Source of the DNA: the human T2T-CHM13v2.0 reference genome, Homo sapiens
DNA length: 64,000 nt
NCBI RefSeq assembly: GCF_009914755.1
Contig: NC_060932.1
Strand: one strand, 5' to 3'
Within the stretch, counting starts at the first letter, position 1. Every line of letters begins with the position of its first letter. Position numbers and translations under genes: made by a program. Below are positions 62,108 through 64,000 of the stretch, piece after piece. The notes under the pieces are model-generated. The model searched no databases. It had not been told where the DNA came from and worked only from the letters and a program-made list of their open reading frames with translations.

Positions 62108-62749
62108 TTAAGAAGATAAACGGTAACTACAGACACTCTTATTTTAACATCTAAGTAGTACAAACTCCTATACAGTCAAATATGATAGAACATTTACTTT
62201 TACATTTTTATAATAAGCATCTAGGCTCTGCCTTTATGGCATTGTAAAGAATGCTGATATAAGAAGAATTAATATAAACACATCAAATTCTAACATCATT
62301 CCATCACTGCCTTGCTGATGTTTATTTCACCCCTAGCAGTAGCATTAATTTTTTAGTCATTGAAATGATTATCTAGTTTTGTTTTTAAAAGATTCTTGGT
62401 AAATGCTTTGCTATCCATATTTGTCATGTTTCTTAGGTAGTGGTCAACCTATTTAGCGTCAGAGAAGTTGTAAAAAATAGCAAATGTAAATACGGAATGA
62501 GAAGAGATCACTGAGAAAATATTGCCTTTTTAAAAATTCATGATGCTATGGGAAATCACAAGGAAGTGAAAGCATTTAGTAGATGAAATGTATCTGTAGT
62601 CTTATTTATAAGAACAAAAGGAAAAAGCCTTTATATCTTATCTCATATGTTTTAATATATTTTATATACCTTTGTATGTAAAAAGATTGAAAAGTTTATG
62701 AAATTGAGATCGGACACAGATTTGTTAATCAGAGGCTTCAAAGAGGACT

Positions 62750-63200
62750 TTGTTTATTATTCATTTGTTTTCTTTTTCACTTATGAAATACTCATTGATG
62801 TTGACTGTGTGCCAAGCAAGGTGCTAGATATACAAGAAAAACAAGACAGACATTATTTTTGCCTTGGCCGACATCATATTTCAATGGCACACATACACAG
62901 ACATTAAACAAATAAACAAAGAAACAGCATAGTTGCAGATTGGGTGAGTACTCTGAAGTATCTACATAGTGTGCTCTCATAAAACTAACAGCAGGGGTTG
63001 TTAACTATAGAAAGAATGTTACAGAAGCCCTTTTGAAGAATTTAAAGTTAAACTAAAGCCTGAAAAATAATAAGTTATCCATGCAAATTATCAGGGGAAC
63101 AAGGTTCAAGGCAGAGAGAACAGGAAGAGCAAAGATCAAAGTTGTGAAGAACCTGACCTGTTCTTGGAATTGATAGAAGGCTAATCAGCAGTATAAGACC
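62750..63200 (-). mobile_element. L2 3' fragment
   Basis: actgtgtgccaagcaaggtgctagata...aggcagagagaacaggaagagcaaag. Confidence 0.7.
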
Positions 63201-63794
63201 AAAAATGACTTGATACCTACTGATGGAAAGACAAAACTCACGGCCCTTTCAAGAAGATATGATAAATTTTGAAGATTGTTTTTTGAATTTAAGAAAGGTT
63301 TCATTAAGTAGGTCCATATTTTCACATTTCTACTTTTTTAAAATTTAAAATATGCCTTATCAGATATCCAAATGAAGTAAAAAAAAAAAAGGCAAGATGC
63401 AAAGCTGCATCTTCCAGTTTTAGATGCAAAGCTGTACAAGAAACTGAAAGGAATACTTCTCCCAAGGAGGGCAACCAGGTGACTCGGGAAAGAGACAGAA
63501 GGATGCTTATTGTTCAGACCAGCATTTTGTACCATAGTAAATTTTTTATCATATACTTGGATTACATTTGAGAAAGAAAAAAAAAATGTTTCATTATGGA
63601 GACTCAGTCAAAACTTCCTTAATGTCTTTCTGATATCCCTTGGTTTCTTTGAAGATAAAGGAGCATATACCAAAAAGGCTTCAGTGTGAAACAACAGAGA
63701 TGTAATCTCCCCTTTAAAAAGTATACTATTCTATTAGGTATCCTTCAGAATTATCAAAGTAATGTGATTTACTTTTTTTGTATGTGTTAATGAT

Positions 63795-64000
63795 AGGCAA
63801 AGCAATCTTGAACAACAACAACAAAAAAAAACACAAAGCTAGAGGCATTGCATTACCCAACTTCAAACAGACACATAGACAAATGGAACAGAATAGGGAA
63901 CCCAGAAATAAAGCTGCGCACCTACAGCCATGTGATCTTCAGGAGAGTTGACAAAAACAAGCAATGGAGAAAAGACTTCCTACTCAATAAAGGATGCTGG
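63795..64000 (+). mobile_element. L1P ORF2 fragment (continues past the window edge)
   Basis: aaagctagaggcatt...cccaacttcaaa|cagacacatagacaaatggaacagaatag, with a ~50 bp internal deletion. Confidence 0.9.

Noticed and set aside
63338-63580. Minus-strand 65 aa ORF with an upstream pyrimidine tract as a coding exon
   Set aside because: No recognisable protein similarity, no AG directly after the tract, and a poly-T run inside the ORF.

Overview
This is AT-rich, CpG-poor primate genomic DNA, most likely human: it carries a near-pristine AluYc-like copy and an L1PA2/3 copy. I recognise no protein-coding gene, RNA gene, CRISPR array or prokaryotic system. The ORF track is mostly Alu, L1 and LTR read-through or chance ORFs. 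The first ~16 kb is relatively repeat-poor (MIR, L2, MADE2, MER20, MER104, two Alus, MLT1J) and may hold enhancers or small + strand exons. From ~16 kb onward the window is a mosaic of nested transposon fossils: two near-full-length minus-strand L1s, rearranged younger L1PA copies, two decayed ERVL proviral remnants, several MaLR/ERV LTRs, and six more Alus. L1s and LTRs are strongly biased to the minus strand, which suggests a long intron of a + strand transcript. The most unusual observations are structural: a double fold-back at the RT catalytic motif of one L1, a three-piece scrambled L1, a 5'-inverted L1PA2/3, a probable L1 3' transduction of a MER33 fragment, clustered perfect tandem duplications, and a probably polymorphic young Alu. 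I found no evidence of a new biological system. Subfamily names come from recalled consensus sequences, not a RepeatMasker run, and boundaries of old repeats are approximate.
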